IMG/VR virus record: IMGVR_UViG_3300021964_000047
Span: 9,208 to 73,207 of that record
DNA from: a virus
DNA: 64,000 bases
Direction: 5' to 3' (one strand)
This document shows, piece after piece, positions 39,797-48,182 of the stretch. The position numbers and the translations under genes were made by a program. Position 1 is the stretch's first letter. Each line of letters opens with the position of its first letter. The notes under the pieces were generated by a model, which ran no database searches, was not told where the DNA came from, and saw nothing but the letters and a program-made list of their open reading frames with translations.

Positions 39797-41274
39797 TGTC
39801 AAATAAACTTACAAAAGAAATGATTGATGCTTTGATTCAAGAAGCAATGTTGCAGGAGAGGTTCCCAAATGCTTACACTGCTGCTGAATTGGATGCTTTG
39901 GATAAAGGTAAAAAACTTGCTAAAGACTTGGCTGGCCTTGAGACAGACACGAGAGAATTAGCCCCAAATGATATTAGGAAAGCATTCGCTTCTGGCGATC
40001 CTGATAAAGTAAAAAAAGTCGTTAAGTTAAAAAACACTAAAGGTTTAGATGCCACATTGAAATCCGATTTAGATGACATAATTGATGACTTGGGCGGTGA
40101 GTTAGACACTACCCAAAAAAGAATGAAAACTGATTCTGACAAGATTACTCAAATTGCCGGTGATATTGATATCGGCACTGGAGTTTCTCCCGAAGCATCT
40201 GCTTTGACGGGCAAAGGCCCAACTGGTAAGGTTCCAAACATTAAAGTTTCCAAATCTGTTATTGAACAAATGAAATTATTTGACTCCCCATCCGCAGCAG
40301 GTAAATTCCAGCAACTTCAAGAAGTTGCAACGAAAGTTGCTAACAAGCAATTTCCACAAGATACACAAGAAATGTTCAAATTTATCACTCAAGCAAATGT
40401 GTTGAATTACTTTGGGAACATGGCGAAGGCCTCTTCTGGTATTGAAGCCGGATTTGAGTTTGAAAAATTTTGTGTTGTATTCATGAATGGATTCCAAGTT
40501 GGCGGAGCGAACGGAGCCGCTGATGTTTTCTTGGCCCTAAAGAATGGCCAAGTTGTACCAACAAGTCAGAAGTTTTATTCAGACATAAAAAATGTAAAGC
40601 AATCAAACAAAGGTCAAGGCCAAGCAGGATTATATTATTTATTAAATCAACCAGATGTCGATGAAATATATTACTTTGTGGGCATAAAAGAGGGCGGGAA
40701 TACCGCAGCAGAATATACAAACCTAAAAATGTACATTATAAAAATCACACAAGATGGAAGTCATTTTTACGGGCAATCTATGGGCCCTGAAGGAAGTTAT
40801 ACAAGTCCTGAAAAACTTGGAGAGTTTACACTTGATAAGAAAAACGGTAAATCTCGCCAGACCCATATGTTTCCACAAGAAGGTGGAAAAGATTATTCTG
40901 AGCATTTGGCAACTATACCAATCTTGAATAATCCAAGTGCTGATACCGCCGCAATCGCAGAATATATGTCTGGCCAGATGACTGCTGGAGATACAGAATT
41001 TGCTGATTTTTCAAAAGCGGTTGTTGGTATTTTTGCATCTCTAAAAAAGATGGAAAAAAATACACAGATCTATAATGCAAAACAAGGACAAGGTAGAAAA
41101 AGTGATGCTTCGAGTTATGTCAATGAGATTGCAGTTAGTTATGTAGCTCTGCGAGATGATTATAATCATGTCTTTGGAGTTGCCGGAGAAACTAAAAAAC
41201 TTGCAGAAAACAAAATGACCGAACTTGATCTAATGGTCGAGAACATGGTAAAACAATTTTTAAAAGGAAACTAA
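39796..41274 (+). CDS. putative head-packaged protein, possible restriction-endonuclease-like fold
   Basis: NKLTKEMIDALIQE leader; AGFEFE..ADV..SQK pattern. Confidence 0.45.
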   Translation: MSNKLTKEMIDALIQEAMLQERFPNAYTAAELDALDKGKKLAKDLAGLETDTRELAPNDIRKAFASGDPDKVKKVVKLKNTKGLDATLKSDLDDIIDDLGGELDTTQKRMKTDSDKITQIAGDIDIGTGVSPEASALTGKGPTGKVPNIKVSKSVIEQMKLFDSPSAAGKFQQLQEVATKVANKQFPQDTQEMFKFITQANVLNYFGNMAKASSGIEAGFEFEKFCVVFMNGFQVGGANGAADVFLALKNGQVVPTSQKFYSDIKNVKQSNKGQGQAGLYYLLNQPDVDEIYYFVGIKEGGNTAAEYTNLKMYIIKITQDGSHFYGQSMGPEGSYTSPEKLGEFTLDKKNGKSRQTHMFPQEGGKDYSEHLATIPILNNPSADTAAIAEYMSGQMTAGDTEFADFSKAVVGIFASLKKMEKNTQIYNAKQGQGRKSDASSYVNEIAVSYVALRDDYNHVFGVAGETKKLAENKMTELDLMVENMVKQFLKGN

Positions 41275-41333
41275 ATGATTAAAATATGCAAACGATGCAA
41301 CAGTCAAGACTGCTGGTGTCACTGGGGAGATCA

Positions 41334-41561
41334 ATGATATATCTATTGATTGCATTGGCTCTCGCTGAGGAGCCGTCACCTGTTATCGTCTATAAACAGG
41401 AAACAGAGATCGACTTCGAAGCTGTTGACATTGAAGGGCAACTTGTCAAGCCCGAAGGGACCTTGGTCCAAGAAAGACAAGAAGCAACATTCAATCCTCT
41501 CATTAAATTGAGAATGGATTGGGATGAAGAAATTTCACAAAGCGTTAGCGAAATCAAATAA
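41334..41561 (+). CDS. CglF/GltF-like adventurous gliding motility protein homolog
   Basis: Signal peptide plus VYKQETEIDFEAVDIEGQLVKPEG..FNPLIKLR.DW..EI..SV, recalled as the myxobacterial CglF/GltF pattern. Confidence 0.65.
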   Translation: MIYLLIALALAEEPSPVIVYKQETEIDFEAVDIEGQLVKPEGTLVQERQEATFNPLIKLRMDWDEEISQSVSEIK

Positions 41562-41571
41562 TGGAGGAATA

Positions 41572-43146
41572 GTGAAGCATTATAATAACGGTCAAGAATT
41601 ATCAACAAAAGTATTAAACGGAGTTAACAAACTCGCAGACAATGTAGGATCAACATTGGGCCCTCGGGGAAGAACCGTCGGCATTATGTATCAGGGAGAG
41701 AACATCCCAATGGTAACGAAGGACGGCGTGACCGTCGCAGAACATATAACCTTTGAAGATCCTTTTGAGAATATGGGAGCACAGATTGTAAAGCAAGCAG
41801 CTAAGCAATCAGCATCAAATGCCGGAGACGGAACGACAACGGCAACCATTCTCACTCGTGGTATTCTAAACCGAGCACAGAAGTATATCGTGGCTGGTGC
41901 TTCACCAACCGAAATCAAGCGAGGAATGGATAAGGCTTGCGAGGCAATTGTAACAAACCTCAAGGAAATCGCAAGACCTGTCCAATCCAAGCAAGACATT
42001 GAGCATGTCGCAACCATCTCGGCGAACAACGACAAAGGCATCGGAACCCTTATTGCCAATGCTGTTGACTCTGCTGGAAAGGACGGCTCCGTTCTCGTTG
42101 AAGAAGCGAGGTCAATCAATACATCACTGGATCTCATTGAAGGATTCAGAATTGATCAAGGCTGGTTGTCTTCAAAGTTTATTACAAACGAGAGACAGAA
42201 CACAGCCGAGTATCATGATCCTTTGATTCTTATCACAGATGAGCAGATTGACACCGTTGAGCAAATCTATCCTGCACTTGAGCTTGCAGCGAAAGATCAA
42301 CGTCCTCTTCTGATTGTCGCCAATGAAGTAGAAGGCCAAGCACTCGCAGCTCTAATTGCAAATGCTGTCCGAGGAACCATGAAGGTGTGTGCTGTCAAAT
42401 CGCCACGCTATGGTGAAGAACGACGCTCTATTCTAAGAGATTTGGCCGCAACTGTCGGAGGGGTATTCATTACCCGTGAAGATGGTTTGCTTCTAAAAAA
42501 CGTTCAATTAAAGCAATTTGGAAGGTCAAAGTCGGCAACCATTTCCAAGTTCGCAACGACTATTGTTGGAGGACAAGGTAATGAAGAAACTATTGAGACA
42601 CGAATTGAAGCAATTAAAAACGAGATTCAAGAAACGGAAGACATGGCAACGTGCGAAAGATTGCAAGAACGAATTACAAGGCTGGCTTCTGGTGTTGCTG
42701 TTATCCGTGTGGGTGCTGCGACCGAAGTCGAAATGATTGAGAAGAAACATAGAATCGATGACGCTCTTGAAGCTGTTCGCTCTGCTTTGGAAGAAGGTAT
42801 TCTTCCCGGTGGTGGTGTTGGTTTGTTAAGAGCATCCGTTGGTCTTTATGTTGAGACTGATAACGAAGAGCAAGCACTTGGAGCTAAGATTATCCTCGAC
42901 GCAGCCCAAGAGCCTTTGCGACAATTGTGTGTCAATTCAGGCGAATCTCAAGATCTAATTCTTGATGGTGTTGTTCATAAGTCTCGAGACGAAGGTTATA
43001 ATTTTCTTACAAGAAACTATGTAAACATGCTTGACGAAGGAATCATTGATCCTTGCAAAGTAACACGCTGTGCTCTGCAAAATGCTGTGTCAGCCGCATC
43101 AACTTTATTAACAATGAACTATGCTATTGTAAGCACGAAGGACTAA
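41572..43146 (+). CDS. groEL: chaperonin GroEL
   Basis: TLGPRG, TKDGVTVA, AGDGTTTAT, LQERITRLASGVAV, GILPGGG. Confidence 0.95.
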   Translation: MKHYNNGQELSTKVLNGVNKLADNVGSTLGPRGRTVGIMYQGENIPMVTKDGVTVAEHITFEDPFENMGAQIVKQAAKQSASNAGDGTTTATILTRGILNRAQKYIVAGASPTEIKRGMDKACEAIVTNLKEIARPVQSKQDIEHVATISANNDKGIGTLIANAVDSAGKDGSVLVEEARSINTSLDLIEGFRIDQGWLSSKFITNERQNTAEYHDPLILITDEQIDTVEQIYPALELAAKDQRPLLIVANEVEGQALAALIANAVRGTMKVCAVKSPRYGEERRSILRDLAATVGGVFITREDGLLLKNVQLKQFGRSKSATISKFATTIVGGQGNEETIETRIEAIKNEIQETEDMATCERLQERITRLASGVAVIRVGAATEVEMIEKKHRIDDALEAVRSALEEGILPGGGVGLLRASVGLYVETDNEEQALGAKIILDAAQEPLRQLCVNSGESQDLILDGVVHKSRDEGYNFLTRNYVNMLDEGIIDPCKVTRCALQNAVSAASTLLTMNYAIVSTKD

Positions 43147-43153
43147 TTACATC

Positions 43154-43426
43154 ATGGATAATAACATGGACACTAACGCTCACTTAATATCATTAATTCA
43201 AGAACTCAGAGGCGATCTCCAGCGAATGGCGGAGAAGCAAGATGAAATGAATCAAGATGTTAAGAAAATAAAAGAAGCGGTTTACAACCCAGACTCTGGG
43301 CTTTATGCGAGAATAAGAGATCTGGAACAATGGAAAGAAACTTATTCCAAAGTTACTTGGGGTGTCCTTACGACTGTGTTGGGTCTAGTTACTGCGACAA
43401 TATATAAAATGATAATTGGGGCTTGA
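43154..43426 (+). CDS. coiled-coil plus single-TM protein (holin/XhlA-like)
   Basis: GLYARIRDLE followed by a C-terminal TM; ACTAATTA upstream. Confidence 0.5.
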   Translation: MDNNMDTNAHLISLIQELRGDLQRMAEKQDEMNQDVKKIKEAVYNPDSGLYARIRDLEQWKETYSKVTWGVLTTVLGLVTATIYKMIIGA

Positions 43427-43451
43427 CAAAAGCCCCAAAACATGTTATAAT
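43423..43451 (+). promoter_or_regulatory. sigma70-type promoter within an inverted repeat
   Basis: TTGACA-N17-TATAAT; TTGGGGCTT/AAGCCCCAA arms. Confidence 0.8.
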
Positions 43452-43474
43452 ATAATATAAACTCTGGAGGTATT

Positions 43475-43894
43475 ATGAGAGTTAGATTATCATATTCTGT
43501 AGAACTGGAAGATGTTCCTGATTCTGTTGCAGAATTAATTGAAGGCGAGTTATATCGCATCGATGAAGTAAAGCAAAGCATTGGAAAAGCACTCGAGGGT
43601 CTAAACCAAGATGAACCACACTTAGACCTTGTAGCCAAATCTCTTGATAAAGCGAGACAAGTTCTTGGCGCTATTGATGTACGACTAAACGAGTGCGAAA
43701 GCATTCTTGCTGGTTATGAAAGAGCAATGAACCCTCCTGAAGAGCAGCCACAACTAGCTCCTGCTCCGCAGCAAAGAGTCCCACAACCGGCTCCTGCTCA
43801 AGGTCAACCAAGGGTTCATAAATATAATCCTCCTTATACCGTTCCCGACGACGAGCCAGCCGAGGATCAACAATTCGATGGAGAAACAAATTAA
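43475..43894 (+). CDS. hypothetical protein
   Basis: GGAGG SD; helical N-terminus, P/Q-rich tail. Confidence 0.6.
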   Translation: MRVRLSYSVELEDVPDSVAELIEGELYRIDEVKQSIGKALEGLNQDEPHLDLVAKSLDKARQVLGAIDVRLNECESILAGYERAMNPPEEQPQLAPAPQQRVPQPAPAQGQPRVHKYNPPYTVPDDEPAEDQQFDGETN

Positions 43895-44136
43895 TGTTCT
43901 GTTATAGAGAAGGGGATCTTGTAAGCATCCCACAAGACACATGGCTTTTTAATGAAGAATCATTGCATAATAGCCTTCTTTTTCCAAAGAAGGTTGTCGA
44001 GGTACCTTCTATCGCCTGTGTCGTTTCATCTGAAAAAGATGGCAATCTATTGAAGGTTTTTATTAAAAATGAGTATTTTCTGGTCAAGTCTAAGGACGTT
44101 CACTTTGCAAACAGGATGGTCAGCCATGCTAGTTGA
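43894..44136 (+). CDS. KOW/SH3-like miniprotein
   Basis: YREGDLVSI. Confidence 0.5.
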   Translation: MFCYREGDLVSIPQDTWLFNEESLHNSLLFPKKVVEVPSIACVVSSEKDGNLLKVFIKNEYFLVKSKDVHFANRMVSHAS

Positions 44137-44401
44137 GTTAACAAGAGTTCAGCCAACTGATGAAACAATCAAGGTTGAAAGGATTTATGTCAATCCTTCT
44201 CACATTGTCTCAGTTGTCGAGGACAATTTAAAATATCATTCTTTAAAAGAATCTCTGGTCCAAGCAGGAGTTCACAATCAAATGTCCATTTCAGAAGTCA
44301 AAGTCTTTAATGGATCTTCTGTAGAAACAATGCTTGTTCTTGGGTCTCCTCAAGCAATAAAGAGCAAACTAAATCAAGAAAAAAGAATTTTAAGAGGTTA
44401 A
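44126..44401 (+). CDS. FlbD-like small protein
   Basis: MLVELT..IYVNPSHIVSV..V.GSP..IK pattern. Confidence 0.45.
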   Translation: MLVELTRVQPTDETIKVERIYVNPSHIVSVVEDNLKYHSLKESLVQAGVHNQMSISEVKVFNGSSVETMLVLGSPQAIKSKLNQEKRILRG

Positions 44402-44402
44402 A

Positions 44403-44681
44403 ATGTATTATTATAAAGTTATAGGATATGGCTCATGTCCTTGGTGCCAACGGGCTAACTCTCTTCTTTTACAAGAGAAGTTACCTTTTGTTGCAACATG
44501 GATTGAAAATTCTTGGGTGCTTGTTCATCATTATAAAACTAATTATGGTATGGATACAGTACCAGTTGTTTTGAAAGTTAATTTTGAAACGGGAGAGGAA
44601 CATGTCATCGGAGGATTCACAGATCTCAAAGAATACATTGACAAAGGGCTACATGAAGAAAGCGATAAGGAAGCTGACTAA
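44403..44681 (+). CDS. glutaredoxin
   Basis: CPWC, TVP, IGGFTDL. Confidence 0.85.
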   Translation: MYYYKVIGYGSCPWCQRANSLLLQEKLPFVATWIENSWVLVHHYKTNYGMDTVPVVLKVNFETGEEHVIGGFTDLKEYIDKGLHEESDKEAD

Positions 44682-45033
44682 GTACGCTTATAACGAACTT
44701 TATGTCCTTGTCGAGTTCGTTGAAGAAAGCCAAGAGTGCTCTTTTGGTTCGGATTATCAAGATGATTATGATCCTGAGTTGGTCGGAGATATTGAGATAG
44801 GAGATGACTTGAAAATAGAAGAGAAATATTATTCCTTAATACACGAAATAGGCCACGCTATTCTTCATTATCAAGACAGAGAACCAGAAAGCATAATCCT
44901 TCTTGAGACAGCATGCTGGGTTGAAGGCTTGATGAAAGCCAAAGAACTCGGCTTAAAAATAGACGAGGAAGAGTTTGAGAAACAAATGTTTCATGCATTA
45001 GATTTGTACAGAGAGGTGAGAGATGATAGTTGA
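44653..45033 (+). CDS. HExxH metallopeptidase-like protein (ImmA/IrrE-like)
   Basis: LIHEIGHA..E..W. Confidence 0.55.
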   Translation: MKKAIRKLTKYAYNELYVLVEFVEESQECSFGSDYQDDYDPELVGDIEIGDDLKIEEKYYSLIHEIGHAILHYQDREPESIILLETACWVEGLMKAKELGLKIDEEEFEKQMFHALDLYREVRDDS

Positions 45034-45370
45034 TAAGCCATGGGGTCATGAGCATATTTGGGCAAAGACCGACAAATATGTTGGCAAGTTGCTTTATATA
45101 AAAGAAGGGCAAAGATTGTCTCTTCAATATCATAGAAAGAAAGAGGAGACGATTTATGTTTTGGAAGGTAAACTGGAATTGGTTTTGGAAGAAGGATCAC
45201 GAAGAGATAAACAATCTATACTTCTTGAGCCCGGAGACACGTTTCATATTTCACCTTTAACTGTTCATCGTTTTGCCGCCACACAAGGTACCGATGTTAA
45301 GTTAATGGAGGTATCAACGACAGAGTTAGACGATGTTGTGAGAATCGAAGACGACTATTCAAGATCATAA
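45023..45370 (+). CDS. cupin (mannose-6-phosphate isomerase C-terminal-like)
   Basis: KPWG, RLSLQYH..KEE, HRF, DVVRIEDDY. Confidence 0.8.
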   Translation: MIVDKPWGHEHIWAKTDKYVGKLLYIKEGQRLSLQYHRKKEETIYVLEGKLELVLEEGSRRDKQSILLEPGDTFHISPLTVHRFAATQGTDVKLMEVSTTELDDVVRIEDDYSRS

Positions 45371-45398
45371 CAACTAATTACTGCATGGGGGGATCGTC

Positions 45399-46088
45399 AT
45401 GCGGTACATCAAACATTTATTATTAGGGATCATTGCTCTTTCTTTAATGGGCATTGGTCCCTTTTTCGGTTCAATAGACCATATTGACAAGGCTAGATCA
45501 TCTTACATGATTAATTGCTTTGCCAATGATAAATTAATCGGAGCAGGCTCTGGGAATCATTTTACTTATCGAGGGCAGAAGTTTGTTCTTACTGCTTATC
45601 ATGTAATCCAAGAGTGTGACAAAATCCTTGTTATTGAAAACAACGATCAAGTTTTTAAATTAAATGCGGTTGTTGTTGATGAACTATTAGACTGGGCTGT
45701 CTTAAAACCAGAGCAAGATCTTGTCTTGAGACCAGTTAAATTTAAAAGAACTTATCCTAGATTAGGAGAAGCAATCGATATGGTATCTTGGCCTTCCGAT
45801 TACGGAATGGTTTACACAAAAGGTATTGTTTCCGGCCAACAGTACTTGAGCTATTATGTTCAAACATTCTGTTGGCTTGGATCATCCGGAGCTTCTGTGT
45901 TTACAGATGACGGAAAGTTTGTCGGAGTGCTTCATGGAATTAAGGTTGGATATTATTCAAGTTTAGGCGATGGCCAACTTTTAAATAATATGTGCTTGGT
46001 TCGCCCGCTTGCTAGCATTACCGATAAAGATTTATATGAGGCACTGCGAGACTATGACGGAGGTGAAGCAAGGCACATTACTTACTGA
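45399..46088 (+). CDS. trypsin-like serine protease with N-terminal anchor
   Basis: LTAYHV, DWAVL, GSSG. Confidence 0.75.
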   Translation: MRYIKHLLLGIIALSLMGIGPFFGSIDHIDKARSSYMINCFANDKLIGAGSGNHFTYRGQKFVLTAYHVIQECDKILVIENNDQVFKLNAVVVDELLDWAVLKPEQDLVLRPVKFKRTYPRLGEAIDMVSWPSDYGMVYTKGIVSGQQYLSYYVQTFCWLGSSGASVFTDDGKFVGVLHGIKVGYYSSLGDGQLLNNMCLVRPLASITDKDLYEALRDYDGGEARHITY

Positions 46089-46275
46089 CCAAGGGAAGGT
46101 AGGTATTGTGATCAAGATTTACAAAATAGGAGCAACCTCCGAAGAATACTCTGGTGAACAAAAGATTCATTGGGAAGAATCTTATCACATTTATTATTCA
46201 GACGGCAACCACGCTTATATTAATAAATCAGCTTTTGATATTTTAGTTATAACAGGAGACATTAAAATTTTATGA
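46054..46275 (+). CDS. KOW/SH3-like miniprotein
   Basis: VKQGTLL..VGIVI. Confidence 0.45.
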   Translation: MTEVKQGTLLTDQGKVGIVIKIYKIGATSEEYSGEQKIHWEESYHIYYSDGNHAYINKSAFDILVITGDIKIL

Positions 46276-46339
46276 CCTCCTACTACCCTACTACTACCCC
46301 CCTACCCCCCTCCTTTCTCTTTTGTCGTGAGGCGCGGTC

Positions 46340-46624
46340 ATGTATCTGATACCTTTTAACGATTACGAGGTCAAGATCATGGACAAGTATCTGTGGTTGG
46401 ACTATTGTATCGAGCGCACATGGAACGAGTATTACAGATGTTATTATGGCAAGGTTGAATTAACCGAGGAAGAAGACGAAAGAATAATTAAAATGATGGA
46501 ATTAATCTATGATTTCGAACAAAAGATAATTGATGTTCTTGATTCTAGTTATATAGATTTCTTCATGATAGATCAATATAAGGAGCAATGCGGTGTTCGA
46601 GATTGGCCAACTCGTGTATGTTAA
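46340..46624 (+). CDS. hypothetical protein
   Basis: GAGG SD; 94 aa. Confidence 0.45.
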   Translation: MYLIPFNDYEVKIMDKYLWLDYCIERTWNEYYRCYYGKVELTEEEDERIIKMMELIYDFEQKIIDVLDSSYIDFFMIDQYKEQCGVRDWPTRVC

Positions 46625-46835
46625 GTCTGTGAGCGACCGTGTGTATTTAGGTATGGTTATGAAGAACATATTATACCTGAACAACTTCGAGGAAGCGTTC
46701 TACGAGATCTATCTTATCGGTAGCGGAGACAGAGTTTCTGTCCCTGCCGCTTTTATTGTTCCTGTCCCAAAAGATGAGGTTGCTGGTCTGAAGGCAGCCG
46801 ATCCCAAAATCCCGTACTGGCCGGACACAGATTGA
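46593..46835 (+). CDS. KOW/SH3-like miniprotein
   Basis: MFEIGQLV..LGMVM; AAGGAG SD. Confidence 0.55.
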   Translation: MFEIGQLVYVKSVSDRVYLGMVMKNILYLNNFEEAFYEIYLIGSGDRVSVPAAFIVPVPKDEVAGLKAADPKIPYWPDTD

Positions 46836-47125
46836 AATTCATCGAAAATGCAGTTTCAAACTGGCATATCGACAATTTTGAGTAAGTAATGTTCGAGAAC
46901 TTTACATAATTAAATAGTTTCGAGTTTGCTGAAAATTCATCCATTTTGGGCTTTGAACCTTTATTTTGGCCGATTTCAAGTAATTTAGTATTCATTACTT
47001 TACATAATTAAGAAGGCTTTCGGTCTTTAGATACATTTCGCCATTATGTAAGTTAAACCTTACATTTTGATGATTTTAAGTAAATAAGATCCGAGAACTT
47101 TACATAATTAAAGAGATTTCGGCTC
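46833..47125 (+). repeat. three tandem ~99-bp degenerate repeats with invariant ACTTTACATAATTAA core
   Basis: Cores at 46899, 46997, 47097, each preceded by TTTYRAGTAA-N13; a fourth copy at 62334. Confidence 0.85.
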
Positions 47126-47291
47126 AATACAAACTATAACTTGCCGGACATAATTTGTCCACCTTTTTTGATAACTTTTTTTTCATTATTTATGTAATAA
47201 ATAATGCCATTTAACCTTGACAAAATATACATAACATGATACAATATAGATGTAACACATACGGTTCTATTTATTATTGGAGGAAAACATT

Positions 47292-47507
47292 ATGTTACCA
47301 TTAAATGTAGGTATATTCGGAGAATATGAAAAGCGTTTTGAACAACGCAAAAAGAATATGGCGGCTTATGCTGCTTTGTGCCAATTCGTCGAGAGCATGG
47401 GAGATTATCCCGACACTGACGATCCCGCTGTACAGGCTTTAATTGATAAATTGTGGGATGAAATGATCGAGCAACTCGAAAAAGTTCGTGATGTTTCAGA
47501 GCAATGA
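47292..47507 (+). CDS. hypothetical early protein
   Basis: GGAGG SD after a promoter. Confidence 0.6.
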   Translation: MLPLNVGIFGEYEKRFEQRKKNMAAYAALCQFVESMGDYPDTDDPAVQALIDKLWDEMIEQLEKVRDVSEQ

Positions 47508-47788
47508 GAGCCATGATGCCTCATGAAAGATACCAAGATGTTGACATTGGTGATCTCATTATATTATCAAAAGATAAATATGCAGCCAAGCGATACTTCG
47601 GAGAAGTGCAGATTGTAACTTGGGTTCCGCACAATTGGGCCGGAAGGACAAGGATAGTACATTTCGATCAGAACGATTGGATCGAGGTTCACTCTATCAA
47701 GCGGAACCAAAAATGGCATGTTCGTCTCGGAGAGTTCGAGGTCTTAAAGAAATATAAAAAAAACATCTTGACAAATAATATAGAATAG
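47504..47788 (+). CDS. KOW/SH3-like miniprotein
   Basis: VDIGDLI..FEVL. Confidence 0.55.
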   Translation: MRAMMPHERYQDVDIGDLIILSKDKYAAKRYFGEVQIVTWVPHNWAGRTRIVHFDQNDWIEVHSIKRNQKWHVRLGEFEVLKKYKKNILTNNIE

Positions 47789-47834
47789 GATACATTATTT
47801 ATATCAGCGATGATGCTGACCAATCATTGGAGAT

Positions 47835-48182
47835 ATGATGCCTAAAATGAGAACATGCCGAGAATGTGGCGACGAGTTTGATAGTAACTCACGATGGAAA
47901 CGAGAGGTCAAAGGATACATAAATGTATGTCCTTTCTGTACTGAAGAAATGGGAGGCGATCCGGCTCCCGAAATACGAGGTTTTGTAACTGGCTCCGGCA
48001 AGATGCAAGACATATCGTTTGTCCGCTTTGAAAGCAAAGCCGATGCCGACAATTATAAAAAGGCTTGGTATGCTGCATCAGGCGGTGGCAATGCTATCCG
48101 TAATGGTCACAAACTTAATAAGATTAAGTATGAACATGCCGGACATAACGGTGGGAACCCGAACCACAAAGGAAAGTCATAA
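47835..48182 (+). CDS. Zn-ribbon protein
   Basis: CREC..CPFC. Confidence 0.6.
   Translation: MMPKMRTCRECGDEFDSNSRWKREVKGYINVCPFCTEEMGGDPAPEIRGFVTGSGKMQDISFVRFESKADADNYKKAWYAASGGGNAIRNGHKLNKIKYEHAGHNGGNPNHKGKS

Noticed and set aside
46300-46307. KOPS motif (GGGTAGGG on the minus strand)
   Set aside because: A single occurrence within a low-complexity C-tract, pointing away from the XerD-like motifs.
46899-46926. Complete dif / Xer recombination site
   Set aside because: Only a XerD-like arm is present; none of the four copies has a TTAT-starting XerC arm after a 6-bp spacer.
46833-47125. CRISPR array
   Set aside because: The invariant part is only 15 bp, the period is ~99 bp, the intervening sequences are partly homologous, and no cas gene is recognisable.
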